A DNA stretch of 60,568 nt from the IMG/VR virus record IMGVR_UViG_3300035047_000236, one strand, 5' to 3'. The notes beneath the pieces are model-generated. The model was not told the DNA's origin. It did not search any database and was given only the letters and a program-made list of their open reading frames with translations. The DNA comes from a virus. The position numbers were made by a program, and so were the translations under genes. Below are positions 17,382 to 26,491 of the stretch, piece by piece (positions within the stretch are counted from its first letter, which is position 1; every line of letters begins with the position of its first letter).

Positions 17382-18206
17382 TTAATAATCACTTAATATC
17401 TCTTTACCTCTTATAGCCTCTGATATTTCCCACACATAGGAATATAAATGAAGACCTTTTGAGCTAGCTATAATTTCTCCATTTTCTACTCCTATTTGAT
17501 CTGCACAGTATTGCTTCATAAGCTCTATAGCAGCAAGATTTGCCGGGAATCCACCAAACAAATCCCAGGATCTAAAATAAGGAAAAAAGTGAAGTTTGTC
17601 ATCTTGAATACGAGTATCTATATGACGAAGACAAGGAGGGTCTTTTAGAATTATATCAGATGGTTGTGCAATCTGTAATACCATTTGATTATTACGACAG
17701 CCTTTATTCTTATATGTCCAAATCATTAATTCTATCTGATTAATAATTTTTTCTCTATTATATGTGCCATCTAATATTTTACCTTTAGATATATTTTCTA
17801 CAATAGGGTCTTTTAAATCATTAATCTCATTAATTAGATTATCTAACTTAATTTTCCATGTATTTTTGTATACATTTGTATCTAATGTTACTTTTGTTAA
17901 CCTTTGTCCATACGTATATGCTTCATCATCTTTCTTTTCGGCTGTCATTAAATAAGGTAAATAATCATCAAGATAACCTTCTTGAACTGGGTCTGGAAAT
18001 CCTAATAAAGGATTTACTTTAGGCAATAGGGGTTCGGCACCAGGATGAGTTATTTGTATAGTAAAATAATCAAACTCTAGTCTTTTATCACCAGCATAAG
18101 AACCTCTATCTATAGTAAAACTTCTACCATTCTCTATGCAACTATAAAGAGATTGAAACCAAGCATCTGAAAGATTTGTAGCTTTAATAAATATATTATT
18201 TAACAT
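17382..18206 (-). CDS. Thymidylate synthase-family protein (short, archaeal-like; dTMP synthase or dUMP hydroxymethylase)
   Basis: YTYGQRL, DPPCL (catalytic Cys), FRSWD, FPANL, LHLY. Confidence 0.85.
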   Translation of the reverse strand: MLNNIFIKATNLSDAWFQSLYSCIENGRSFTIDRGSYAGDKRLEFDYFTIQITHPGAEPLLPKVNPLLGFPDPVQEGYLDDYLPYLMTAEKKDDEAYTYGQRLTKVTLDTNVYKNTWKIKLDNLINEINDLKDPIVENISKGKILDGTYNREKIINQIELMIWTYKNKGCRNNQMVLQIAQPSDIILKDPPCLRHIDTRIQDDKLHFFPYFRSWDLFGGFPANLAAIELMKQYCADQIGVENGEIIASSKGLHLYSYVWEISEAIRGKEILSDY

Positions 18207-18240
18207 AAAAACTCCTTATTATATATTTTAATTATACAAC

Positions 18241-18275
18241 CACAAGTTGGAGCAGATAAACCGATCAACTTGGGT
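18241..18275 (-). other. Stem-loop immediately after the stop of the 78-aa gene
   Basis: CAAGTTG...CAACTTG inverted repeat with a short inner stem; no clear U-tract. Confidence 0.4.
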
Positions 18276-18276
18276 G

Positions 18277-18513
18277 TTATTTTTGATAGTCTATAGGATT
18301 GTCCATCTCATCACGTAGATGAAATAGTGGCATAAACTTACCATCTCCTGCAGGAACCGCCTCTACAATGATAAAACTTCCATCCATAAAAGTTATTTGC
18401 ATACAAAGGTCATCGTCTATATGCTTAATATCTAATACTCGTTTGTATTTAACTAAATCAGTCAGTATTTTGTCCCACTCTAAAAATGAACTACTCATAT
18501 GAAATACCTCCAT
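18277..18513 (-). CDS. Hypothetical protein with its own promoter
   Basis: GGAGGT RBS before MSSSFL; promoter-like sequence upstream. Confidence 0.65.
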   Translation of the reverse strand: MEVFHMSSSFLEWDKILTDLVKYKRVLDIKHIDDDLCMQITFMDGSFIIVEAVPAGDGKFMPLFHLRDEMDNPIDYQK

Positions 18514-18531
18514 GAAAATTAACTTTAAATA

Positions 18532-18559
18532 AATATAACAACTAAAAATTAAATGTAAA
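18532..18559 (-). promoter_or_regulatory. Sigma70-like promoter
   Basis: TTTACA, 16 nt, TATATT, with TG extension (TGTTATATT). AT-rich context lowers specificity. Confidence 0.45.
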
Positions 18560-18589
18560 TAGGGAAGTATGAAAAATACCTCCCTATTT
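18557..18589 (-). terminator. Probable intrinsic terminator after the GT4 gene
   Basis: Minus-strand RNA AAAUAGGGAGGUAU-UUUUC-AUACUUCCCUAUUU: 14-bp stem with one G-U pair, followed by a U-rich run. Confidence 0.7.
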
Positions 18590-18600
18590 TTTATTAAACT

Positions 18601-19914
18601 CTAGAATTCTTCTACATCTATAGTCTTTTCTTTAGTTTCTACAGTACCAACAGTTTCCTTTAGCCCTTCATAATAAACTTTATTAAACAACTCTATCCAC
18701 TGATCTCCTACAGCACCCTGCCAATTAAACTTATCATGAATCATTTTATATGCTTTGTCAGCTTTTCCAAGAGCTTCGTCATAGTTATTATATATATGTA
18801 CCATCTTATTGACCATATCTTCTACATCCACAAGAGGTCTAATTACTTCATTGTCATGTGGAAGAACTGTATATAAAGAAGGGTGACCTCCGCTTTTACA
18901 TGTGTAACCTATCTCATCAGTAATAAACTCTTTCATCGAAGTGTTGCTTGGCATCAAAACAGGTGTTTTAGTAGCCATAGATTCTACCCAGGACATCCCA
19001 AAACCCTCACCTATAGAAGTACTTACAACCAAATCAGAGGCATTATAAATAAGATTTACCACCTCTCTAGGATAGCCTTGATTAGGACCAAAATTTTCTG
19101 GAAATACTACATCATTATTCATAGTAAAACCAAAAGATTTAATTGTTTCAAGTAAGTTCCATCCTTGATCTTTAGGTGCCATATGTAAATAAAGAATTGA
19201 ATCAGGTACTTTCTTTCTAAACTCTTTGAAAGCCATAATTGTTCTAGGAATGTCTTTTCTATGCTGATTCCTATTAATATTAGTAACAATAAACTTATCA
19301 TGATGGTGACCAAAATACATCTTTCTAAACTTAGCTATATCCTCTTTTGGTAGTGGTTTATAGTCGCTTACATTAGCTCCATGAGGAATTACTAAAGGGT
19401 CTTTACAACCACTATAAACTAGTTTAGACAGGTCTGCACCAAACTTAGTATATGCAACCATGTAGTCAGCACAGCTAACATTCTTTATCCATTGTTCTTT
19501 AGGGAAGCCGTCTATAGGATAATATACTATTGATTTAAACTTTTTTCCACTATCCTTAAGTTTTGATATTAATGGCGGCATAAAATCTAATATAAATGTA
19601 TCCTGTAGAAAAAATAAGATATCATATTCCATGTGCTGTATCATATTGGCTACTTTTTTTCTGCCATAGGGATCTCTATCATTATTAATGCCAGTAGGCC
19701 ATATATTGTATGGAAACTCATGAGGATCTCCCCAATAATTAATACCTAGAATGTCTATTTCATACCTTCCTGTTTTATATAATGCCTCAAATATATTCCT
19801 AGAAACAGTTGAAAAACCAGTTGCACATGTGGGAGCATCAGCGTATGCTAAAACCTTTATCTTCTTACCAGTTGTTTTACTCAATTTTCTTTTACTCATA
19901 CTAATTCCTTTCAT
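18601..19914 (-). CDS. Glycosyltransferase, GT-B fold (GT4-like)
   Basis: TGFSTVS, VIPHG, NRNQHRKDI, YNASDLVVSTSIGEGFGMSWVESMA. Confidence 0.92.
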   Translation of the reverse strand: MKGISMSKRKLSKTTGKKIKVLAYADAPTCATGFSTVSRNIFEALYKTGRYEIDILGINYWGDPHEFPYNIWPTGINNDRDPYGRKKVANMIQHMEYDILFFLQDTFILDFMPPLISKLKDSGKKFKSIVYYPIDGFPKEQWIKNVSCADYMVAYTKFGADLSKLVYSGCKDPLVIPHGANVSDYKPLPKEDIAKFRKMYFGHHHDKFIVTNINRNQHRKDIPRTIMAFKEFRKKVPDSILYLHMAPKDQGWNLLETIKSFGFTMNNDVVFPENFGPNQGYPREVVNLIYNASDLVVSTSIGEGFGMSWVESMATKTPVLMPSNTSMKEFITDEIGYTCKSGGHPSLYTVLPHDNEVIRPLVDVEDMVNKMVHIYNNYDEALGKADKAYKMIHDKFNWQGAVGDQWIELFNKVYYEGLKETVGTVETKEKTIDVEEF

Positions 19915-20773
19915 AATTATAATTATATCTTTTATTCATTATTATCCTATACCAAAGTTTGTGCCACACTCTATCATGATTTGCTCTATTATTGCAGGCC
20001 CTACATATAGTTATCAAATTTTTTGGTGAACAGTTTTTCTTATCATAGTCTATATGATGTATTGTCAAGTCTTCAGGGTGTTTTGAGTAACAATATGGAT
20101 TTAAGCATATATTACCATCCCTGTTTCGTATATCCTGCTTATATTCTTTATCTCTCCAAACCCCACAATAATCTTCATTAGATGAACCTCCGTTCCATCC
20201 GTAATTTCCAGGACCAGATATCTTAATAGCATAACATGTAGGACATCTGTAACCACCATTATACCAATCCGTAAAAGTTATACTATGCTCATGACCATAA
20301 AAACATTTATATTTAAGTTTTTGTTTCTGGTTGATATAGAAATCAGACAATAGTATATAACCTTCTTTTTCAAACTGTTTTTTGACAAAATTTAATGTGT
20401 ATCTTACATTATTAGCACAGTGTCCGCACCTACAACCGTTTTTCCAATTACTATATGTTGTAGTAGTTTTATGTCCTTCTGGGCAAATAATATTAAGCTT
20501 AGATCTACTATTTATATAATCTTCGCTTATCAAAATATAACCCTCTGACTCAATAACTTGTTTAACATACTCATATTTCAATCTAAGGTTGTCACGGGCA
20601 CAGTATAAACATCTTTGGCCTTTTCTCCATTCTGAAAAACATATCTGATGTTTATGTCCGTTTGGACATGTATATTTTAACTTAGATTTAGTGTCTTTAT
20701 ACTCAGTGTCTAATAACTCATACCCTTCGTTTTCAAAACTCTCTCTAACATAATTTATAGTGAATTTTTTCAT
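19901..20773 (-). CDS. HNH endonuclease with three N-terminal zinc-ribbon repeats
   Basis: Three ~58-aa repeats (EGY.L....Y......L...C..GH.......W..G.RC..C), then IRNRD..IC...C...HHIDYDKKN....NLITICRACN. Confidence 0.88.
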   Translation of the reverse strand: MKKFTINYVRESFENEGYELLDTEYKDTKSKLKYTCPNGHKHQICFSEWRKGQRCLYCARDNLRLKYEYVKQVIESEGYILISEDYINSRSKLNIICPEGHKTTTTYSNWKNGCRCGHCANNVRYTLNFVKKQFEKEGYILLSDFYINQKQKLKYKCFYGHEHSITFTDWYNGGYRCPTCYAIKISGPGNYGWNGGSSNEDYCGVWRDKEYKQDIRNRDGNICLNPYCYSKHPEDLTIHHIDYDKKNCSPKNLITICRACNNRANHDRVWHKLWYRIIMNKRYNYNYERN

Positions 20774-21924
20774 ATCTTCTTTGAAACCAAAAATGGTGAA
20801 GTATAATTTGTAGTAGAACTTTCCTCTATCTTCTTCTTAAACTGTGGGTTTTTAGAACAGTATTCATCAACCGCTTTTTTGTTTAATGACACTAAATCAA
20901 CAAAATCTTTTTCTGGAATAGCTTTATGAACAGCTTTAACATCATAATTAGATCTGGAATTCTGTCTTACATAAAGTTGTTTTTCTTTTCCCTTCAAGTT
21001 CTCTTCATTGTCTTTGATTTTTTCCATTATCATCATACTAAGTTCTCTTTTTCTCATTTCAAGTATCTTATTAGTTACATTTATAGAATCATATTCTTTA
21101 ACTAACTCATCATCAGATAATTGAGCAAGAGGCAAAAAGTTGTATTCCTTTTTAGACGCTAGTTCGTTATATGGCTCACACACATCCTTATAATCACACC
21201 AAGGACATAGTACCTGTAAAGACGGTTTTGCGTCTTTTTCTTTAAAAGCAAGCATCTGGTTATACACCTCAAGAAGATACTTTTCAAACTCTTCCCTTTG
21301 TTCTGGGGTTCTATATGTATATATAGGATCATGCTTCAACATATCCAAACAAAGAATAACTCTTTCATAGTGTGGCCACATTATAGATGCTACTAAATCA
21401 TACAAAGATAACTGTAGATCATCTTTTAACTGATCTGGAGTAGGTACAGTTTTAGATGTTTTATAATCAACTACTATTAAAGAGTCATTATCCAACTCTA
21501 CCACCTTATCCATAGCACCCATTACCGGAACTCCTAGTTTAGTTTTAAAATCTGCATTTTTTCCACTCCAAAAACCAAATTTTTCTTCTAAACTAATTAT
21601 TTTGTTGCCCAAGGAAAAACTTTTTAGTCTAGACTCAACTAAATCTTTGCCCAAAGCATGAACATCCATCTCCTCTATACCTTCTTTTATAGATATTTCA
21701 TTGTATAAAGCAAATATCTTTTCCTTATCGGCTTTAGAGAATTTTCCTTTTTCCATCCAAATCTTGCCTGCAAGTTCTAAAGACTCATGACAAGCCAGCC
21801 CCAACTTAAAAGCTGGTTTAGAAAGTCTAGGAAGTTTTTTCACATATTGAAAATAATACTTCTGTTTACAACTCAAAAATGAGTTAATTCTAGTCGCACT
21901 TAACTTAATAGAGCTTTTGCTCAT
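20770..21924 (-). CDS. PD-(D/E)XK nuclease, RecB/AddB-like with Cys cluster
   Basis: LSATRINSFLSC, G...H, GAMDKV, VDYKTS, QLSLY, LCPWCDYKDVC. Confidence 0.88.
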   Translation of the reverse strand: MSKSSIKLSATRINSFLSCKQKYYFQYVKKLPRLSKPAFKLGLACHESLELAGKIWMEKGKFSKADKEKIFALYNEISIKEGIEEMDVHALGKDLVESRLKSFSLGNKIISLEEKFGFWSGKNADFKTKLGVPVMGAMDKVVELDNDSLIVVDYKTSKTVPTPDQLKDDLQLSLYDLVASIMWPHYERVILCLDMLKHDPIYTYRTPEQREEFEKYLLEVYNQMLAFKEKDAKPSLQVLCPWCDYKDVCEPYNELASKKEYNFLPLAQLSDDELVKEYDSINVTNKILEMRKRELSMMIMEKIKDNEENLKGKEKQLYVRQNSRSNYDVKAVHKAIPEKDFVDLVSLNKKAVDEYCSKNPQFKKKIEESSTTNYTSPFLVSKKI

Positions 21925-21938
21925 CTCTTACCTCCGTT

Positions 21939-22475
21939 TCAAACAATTTCATATAAATAACCATACTCCTTATCAAATCTTAACATCTTTATATTTAAAA
22001 CATTATCATAGTAAAATAATAACTGTGCTATACTATCTGTTATATCATTGTGTTCTTTATAATTAAAACTATTCTCATCAAAATTCATAACATCTATTAT
22101 AATATAATACAGATTTTCCTTATTGTAAGCCTTAAAAAAAGATTTTACTACTGTATTAACTATTATATCAGGACAAGTTCTGCAATGTTCTAATATTACT
22201 TGCTCTGCAACTCCTGCAAACTTGGCTAAAAGTTTTGATACCTTAGCATTTCTACCAAAAAAAGTATCCTCTATAACTATACTATTTGGTTTCAGTCTAT
22301 TAACTATCTTAACAAGCTCTTTTCTAAAGTAGTTTAATTTTTCAGCAGTTTCAAGCTTCTTGTCAGGCTTAATTCTTCCAAACTTTAACTTATTAAAATC
22401 TCCAGAGTAAAAAGACCAGCCAGTTGATGTAGATGATATATCTAAACTTAGTATTCTATATTTTTTTAAGGACAT
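21939..22475 (-). CDS. ruvC: RuvC-like Holliday junction resolvase
   Basis: [26 protein letters not shown]. Confidence 0.82.
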   Translation of the reverse strand: MSLKKYRILSLDISSTSTGWSFYSGDFNKLKFGRIKPDKKLETAEKLNYFRKELVKIVNRLKPNSIVIEDTFFGRNAKVSKLLAKFAGVAEQVILEHCRTCPDIIVNTVVKSFFKAYNKENLYYIIIDVMNFDENSFNYKEHNDITDSIAQLLFYYDNVLNIKMLRFDKEYGYLYEIV

Positions 22476-23226
22476 TTATTTCCTCTTCGCTCAATGAGTT
22501 TATATCTGGATACATCATTCTAAGTTTTACTATTATATTTCCTGGATTTCCACCATTTACACCTTCTGGTCCTCTTTCTCTCACTCTAAGAATGTCACTG
22601 TCCCTAGTATTTTTTGGTATTTCTACTTTTACTTTTCTATTTTCTATTCTCTTAGTTCCTTTACCTTCACACTCTTCACATGAATTAAGTTTTATTTCTC
22701 CTGTCCCATTACACTTACTGCACGGAGTTGTTTGGGCCGTCATCATTCTGCCAGTCAACTTTTGAATCATGATAACTCCCTCACCGTTACAGTTACCACA
22801 TATCTCAAGCTCCGTTGCACCCTTTCCAGAACAATTTTGGCACAAATCATCGTATGTTATGTTTATAATTTCTTCTCCGCCCGCGAGAAATTTGTATAAT
22901 TTTACATCAATAATTAATTTCAAATCTTTACCATTTATAGGTGCATTTCTATCTCTTCTTCTTCCTCTACCTGGAAAACCAAAACCAAAATTAAACATAC
23001 CATCAAACGGATTAAACCCCATATTAGGATTATCATAAAGGTTTCTCTTATTAGGATCTTTTAGTGTTTCATAAGCCTCATTAGCCTCTTTAAACTTAAT
23101 TTCAGCCTCTTTATTACCATTGTTCTTATCTGGATGGTATTTCATAGCTAGTTTTCTATATGCTTTCTTTATATCATCAGCAGAAGCATCTTTAGATACA
23201 CCTAATATTTTATAATAATCAGACAT
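22456..23226 (-). CDS. dnaJ: DnaJ co-chaperone (J domain, G/F linker, four CxxCxGxG repeats, shortened C-terminal domain)
   Basis: DYYKILGV...KYHPDKN; [32 protein letters not shown]. Confidence 0.93.
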   Translation of the reverse strand: MSDYYKILGVSKDASADDIKKAYRKLAMKYHPDKNNGNKEAEIKFKEANEAYETLKDPNKRNLYDNPNMGFNPFDGMFNFGFGFPGRGRRRDRNAPINGKDLKLIIDVKLYKFLAGGEEIINITYDDLCQNCSGKGATELEICGNCNGEGVIMIQKLTGRMMTAQTTPCSKCNGTGEIKLNSCEECEGKGTKRIENRKVKVEIPKNTRDSDILRVRERGPEGVNGGNPGNIIVKLRMMYPDINSLSEEEINVLKKI

Positions 23227-23377
23227 CTTCTATAATTTCCCACTTAGTATCACAATTTACTACATCAGAGCATCTGAACTTATTTAGTTCATATTCAAAA
23301 GCCAAAGAATTACATTTTATACATCTATAAACAGTATCCAAAAGACTTCCTTCTTGTTCATTTCCACAATTATTCAT
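23219..23377 (-). CDS. 52-aa zinc-ribbon-like protein (below the ORF track cutoff)
   Basis: [52 protein letters not shown]; overlaps each neighbour by 8 nt. Confidence 0.7.
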   Translation of the reverse strand: MNNCGNEQEGSLLDTVYRCIKCNSLAFEYELNKFRCSDVVNCDTKWEIIEDV

Positions 23378-23720
23378 TTGATACCCTCTCTATATTTATA
23401 ATTTCAAGAACACTCCCTCTTATTTTAACAACATCATCAAAAAACTCTATACTCATAGGTGTAAATATCTGATTTTGTTTTAAATTTGGGTATTTATTTA
23501 CAGCAAGTAACACCTTAGTTATTGATGGTAAATATAAAACACCTTTAGAAAACAAATCAAAATCACCGCTATCTTTATCAAATACTCCGCTAGATAGCTC
23601 ATGATAGTTTCCACTTCTTGGAATCTCTATTTCTATTTTTTCTATTACCGTAAAATTAGTGTTTACCATAGGTAGCATTGATAACGTAGGCAAACCCATA
23701 TGAACTTCGTAGTTACTCAT
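23370..23720 (-). CDS. Hypothetical protein
   Basis: Start taken at MSNYEV after GGAGGG; coupled to neighbours. Confidence 0.65.
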   Translation of the reverse strand: MSNYEVHMGLPTLSMLPMVNTNFTVIEKIEIEIPRSGNYHELSSGVFDKDSGDFDLFSKGVLYLPSITKVLLAVNKYPNLKQNQIFTPMSIEFFDDVVKIRGSVLEIINIERVSNE

Positions 23721-24036
23721 TAGTACCCTCCACAATAAAATTATCAACAAGAACTTCTGTCCAATACTTTCTCATAGGCATATTACATCCGTTACAATTG
23801 CTTTCAAAAGAACTCTCTTCTATATGCCCATGTATTTTGACAAAAGTTTTTCCATTAAAAGAATTTAAATCTTCTGCTATACTCCCCCAAGCAGCTATTT
23901 TTATAAACTGCTTCTTTCCATCATCTGCTGGTATTTCTAGGCTGCCTTTAAACATTGCTGTATTATTAGCTCCAACATATTTAAAAGTTTTACCTATAAC
24001 ATACCCTTTTAACTTTACAAAGTTTTCTCCAACCAT
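23713..24036 (-). CDS. ssb: Single-stranded DNA-binding protein-like OB fold with inserted CxxC
   Basis: NFVKLKG, FIKIAAWGSIAE, VKIHGHI, YWTEVLVD match the SSB pattern; next to the primase. Confidence 0.7.
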   Translation of the reverse strand: MVGENFVKLKGYVIGKTFKYVGANNTAMFKGSLEIPADDGKKQFIKIAAWGSIAEDLNSFNGKTFVKIHGHIEESSFESNCNGCNMPMRKYWTEVLVDNFIVEGTNE

Positions 24037-25082
24037 ACTTCTCTACCTCCTATATAATTTTCCAAATAATAAAATATTTGTTCATCTGTCAAATCAGCAG
24101 GGTCTAAACCTTTACCGTTTACATCTACTTCTGTTATAACCTCTGTATATATATTTATTTTACCTTTTAATAAGTCATAAGATCTTCCTATAGCCTCCAT
24201 TCCTGCCAAGTCATTATCAAAAAATAATACTACCCCCTTTTCAGCATAGGAAAAAATTAATTCTGCCTGTCCCTCAGTTATACCAGACCCCATACAGGCA
24301 GCAACGTTGAATATACCTAATTCATACATTCTCCATACACTTTTAAAACCCTCTACTATTATCAACGGCAACTCACTACAACACTCTTTAGAATTATTTA
24401 AATTATAAAGAACTGAATCTTTATCAAATGGGGTTGTAAGCTTATACTTTCCATTGTCATCAACGCCCCTCCTTATGTCTCTTAAAGAGTATGCTACTAA
24501 CCTGTCTTTTACATCATAAATAGGTATAATATCCCTAACTATTCTATCATTATCAACATAACCTCCAGCTATTTCAAAATGATCCAATGTTTCTTCCTTG
24601 AAACCATCCTCTATAAACAACGAAGATCTATAAGGTTTGTAATAACTAAGTTTTATAGGGTCAACTATATCAGGTACTTCTGGCGTCATTGTGCCAAACC
24701 TTTTAACAAATTCTTTTTTCTCTCTATTATGTCTATACCTTACAAGTTCCTCATTTGTTATATTATTTGTACCAGAAATCATTTCTAAGTACTCCAAAGC
24801 ATCCATAAAACTCACATTATTAACAGATCTTACCAAACCGATAAGATCGTTTCCATAAGCCTCATGACATTTGTGAGTAAAACAAACCCATGTTTTTAAC
24901 TCTTTGTTTAATCTAAAAGCTGTAGGGTTATCTCCACCATGAATTATACAAGACGATCTAAACTCTTTAGATGTGTCTCTAGTAGATTTAAACCCAAGTC
25001 TTTCTACCAAATAAACAGGGTCTATACTTAGTTTAATCCTATCTATTCTATCCTTTATGGTATTTCTGTTATTCAAGTTCAT
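24015..25082 (-). CDS. dnaG: DnaG-type primase (zinc-binding domain + TOPRIM)
   Basis: CIIH...WVCFTHKC, IIPIYD, IIVEGFKS, FFDNDLAG, LDPAD. Confidence 0.9.
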   Translation of the reverse strand: MNLNNRNTIKDRIDRIKLSIDPVYLVERLGFKSTRDTSKEFRSSCIIHGGDNPTAFRLNKELKTWVCFTHKCHEAYGNDLIGLVRSVNNVSFMDALEYLEMISGTNNITNEELVRYRHNREKKEFVKRFGTMTPEVPDIVDPIKLSYYKPYRSSLFIEDGFKEETLDHFEIAGGYVDNDRIVRDIIPIYDVKDRLVAYSLRDIRRGVDDNGKYKLTTPFDKDSVLYNLNNSKECCSELPLIIVEGFKSVWRMYELGIFNVAACMGSGITEGQAELIFSYAEKGVVLFFDNDLAGMEAIGRSYDLLKGKINIYTEVITEVDVNGKGLDPADLTDEQIFYYLENYIGGREVWLEKTL

Positions 25083-26490
25083 CTTCTACTATATACCTAT
25101 TCTTATAAACATCTTCATCAAAATCGTTGTAATTTGTAACTTCTCCAACATCTTGCATAAAATACTGGTCATGTGCTGGAACTTCGTGTATAGTAAGTCT
25201 TGTTTTATGAAATCTATAACCTATCCCTTCTTCAGGAGTGCTTCCGCCCCTTCTTGTATCCTTTATTACTAATTTGTATTGACCACACTCTGCACCGCCA
25301 GCTTTCTTTTCGTCTTCTGTTCTTAAACCCCAATATGATACAATGTCTCCATACCTAGCAATTCTATCACTATCGGCTATATTGTTTTGTCTATTAAGCT
25401 GTACTGCAGTAAGTGCTGGAACATCTAGTATCCCAGACAAGTCCTTAAGCTTAGTAGTTACATCACCTAATATTTGATACTCTTTCCTTCCCTCACCAAC
25501 AGTAGATAAATCTGGTTCTTTAAGATAATCGAATATAATTAAACCTATATTCTCTTTAACCTTATATTTTTTACAAAGAGACACAATCTTATCTACACTA
25601 TACCCAGGCATATACTTATGAAATATTTTTCCTTTCTTAAGAAGTTCTTTTGCTTTATTAAGTTTATCTAATTGAACTTTATTCCACCCTCCGTGTTTTA
25701 TATCTCTTTCTTTTATTCCTGTTATTACAGCCAGTGCCCTTGTTTGCCATTCAACATAAGTCATCTCTGTGTCTATATATAGAGTAGGAACACGTGCTAT
25801 ATAAGCATTATATAAACCTATATTTGTTAAAAAAGTACTTTTTCCCATTTTCTTTCTAGCTGCAACAACCATCAAAGTTCCAGGGATCATGCCATCTATC
25901 TGTTTATCTAATACTGGATATCCTGTAGATATACCAGTCATTACTGTTTTTTTATCTTTTCTACTTTCTATAAACTTGTCAATATCATCACCAAAAACCT
26001 TTGGATCTTCGTTCAATAAAGAATTAGATGATAAATCCAATATATTGTTTTCAATACCACTTATAAGATCTGAACTGTTCTTGCCTGTCTGCGCATTCTT
26101 TTCTATAAATGAAAGATGTTTCTGTAGAGAAGAGTATGTTTTATATTTTATACTAGACTCCATTACATTTTCCAAATATATTTCAAAGTTCTCATCTGAG
26201 ATTGGCATATTCACTACTGACTGTAAATAACCAACCCCACCTATTAGTTCTAATACATCCAAACTCTGTGATTTATTAACAACCATAGATAAATCAAATT
26301 TATTTACTCCAGAGTTTGCTAACTCTTTCAATATAACAAACAATAGCTGGTGTGAATCGTCAAGAAAATCCTCTTCACTTATTTTAGATGTCATACTATA
26401 AAAATAGTCTATATCCTTAAAACAATATGAAAGAACAGCCCTTTCATCACCAGGTTTATAGAACATCTCCTTATATCCAGAACTCGACAT
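25069..26490 (-). CDS. dnaB: Replicative DnaB-family helicase
   Basis: GISTGYPVLD, AARKKMGKST, IDTEM, IFDYL, AVQLNR, IADSDRI. Confidence 0.92.
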   Translation of the reverse strand: MSSSGYKEMFYKPGDERAVLSYCFKDIDYFYSMTSKISEEDFLDDSHQLLFVILKELANSGVNKFDLSMVVNKSQSLDVLELIGGVGYLQSVVNMPISDENFEIYLENVMESSIKYKTYSSLQKHLSFIEKNAQTGKNSSDLISGIENNILDLSSNSLLNEDPKVFGDDIDKFIESRKDKKTVMTGISTGYPVLDKQIDGMIPGTLMVVAARKKMGKSTFLTNIGLYNAYIARVPTLYIDTEMTYVEWQTRALAVITGIKERDIKHGGWNKVQLDKLNKAKELLKKGKIFHKYMPGYSVDKIVSLCKKYKVKENIGLIIFDYLKEPDLSTVGEGRKEYQILGDVTTKLKDLSGILDVPALTAVQLNRQNNIADSDRIARYGDIVSYWGLRTEDEKKAGGAECGQYKLVIKDTRRGGSTPEEGIGYRFHKTRLTIHEVPAHDQYFMQDVGEVTNYNDFDEDVYKNRYIVEDELE

Positions 26491-26491
26491 A

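Noticed and set aside
5388-19914. Bacterial chromosomal O-antigen/capsule locus
   Set aside because: No visible Wzx/Wzy/ABC exporter or priming transferase; interleaved with phage-style replication, HNH and structural genes.
20770-21924. Cas4 of a CRISPR-Cas system
   Set aside because: No cas1/cas2 or array; stand-alone Cas4/RecB-like nucleases are common in phage replication modules.
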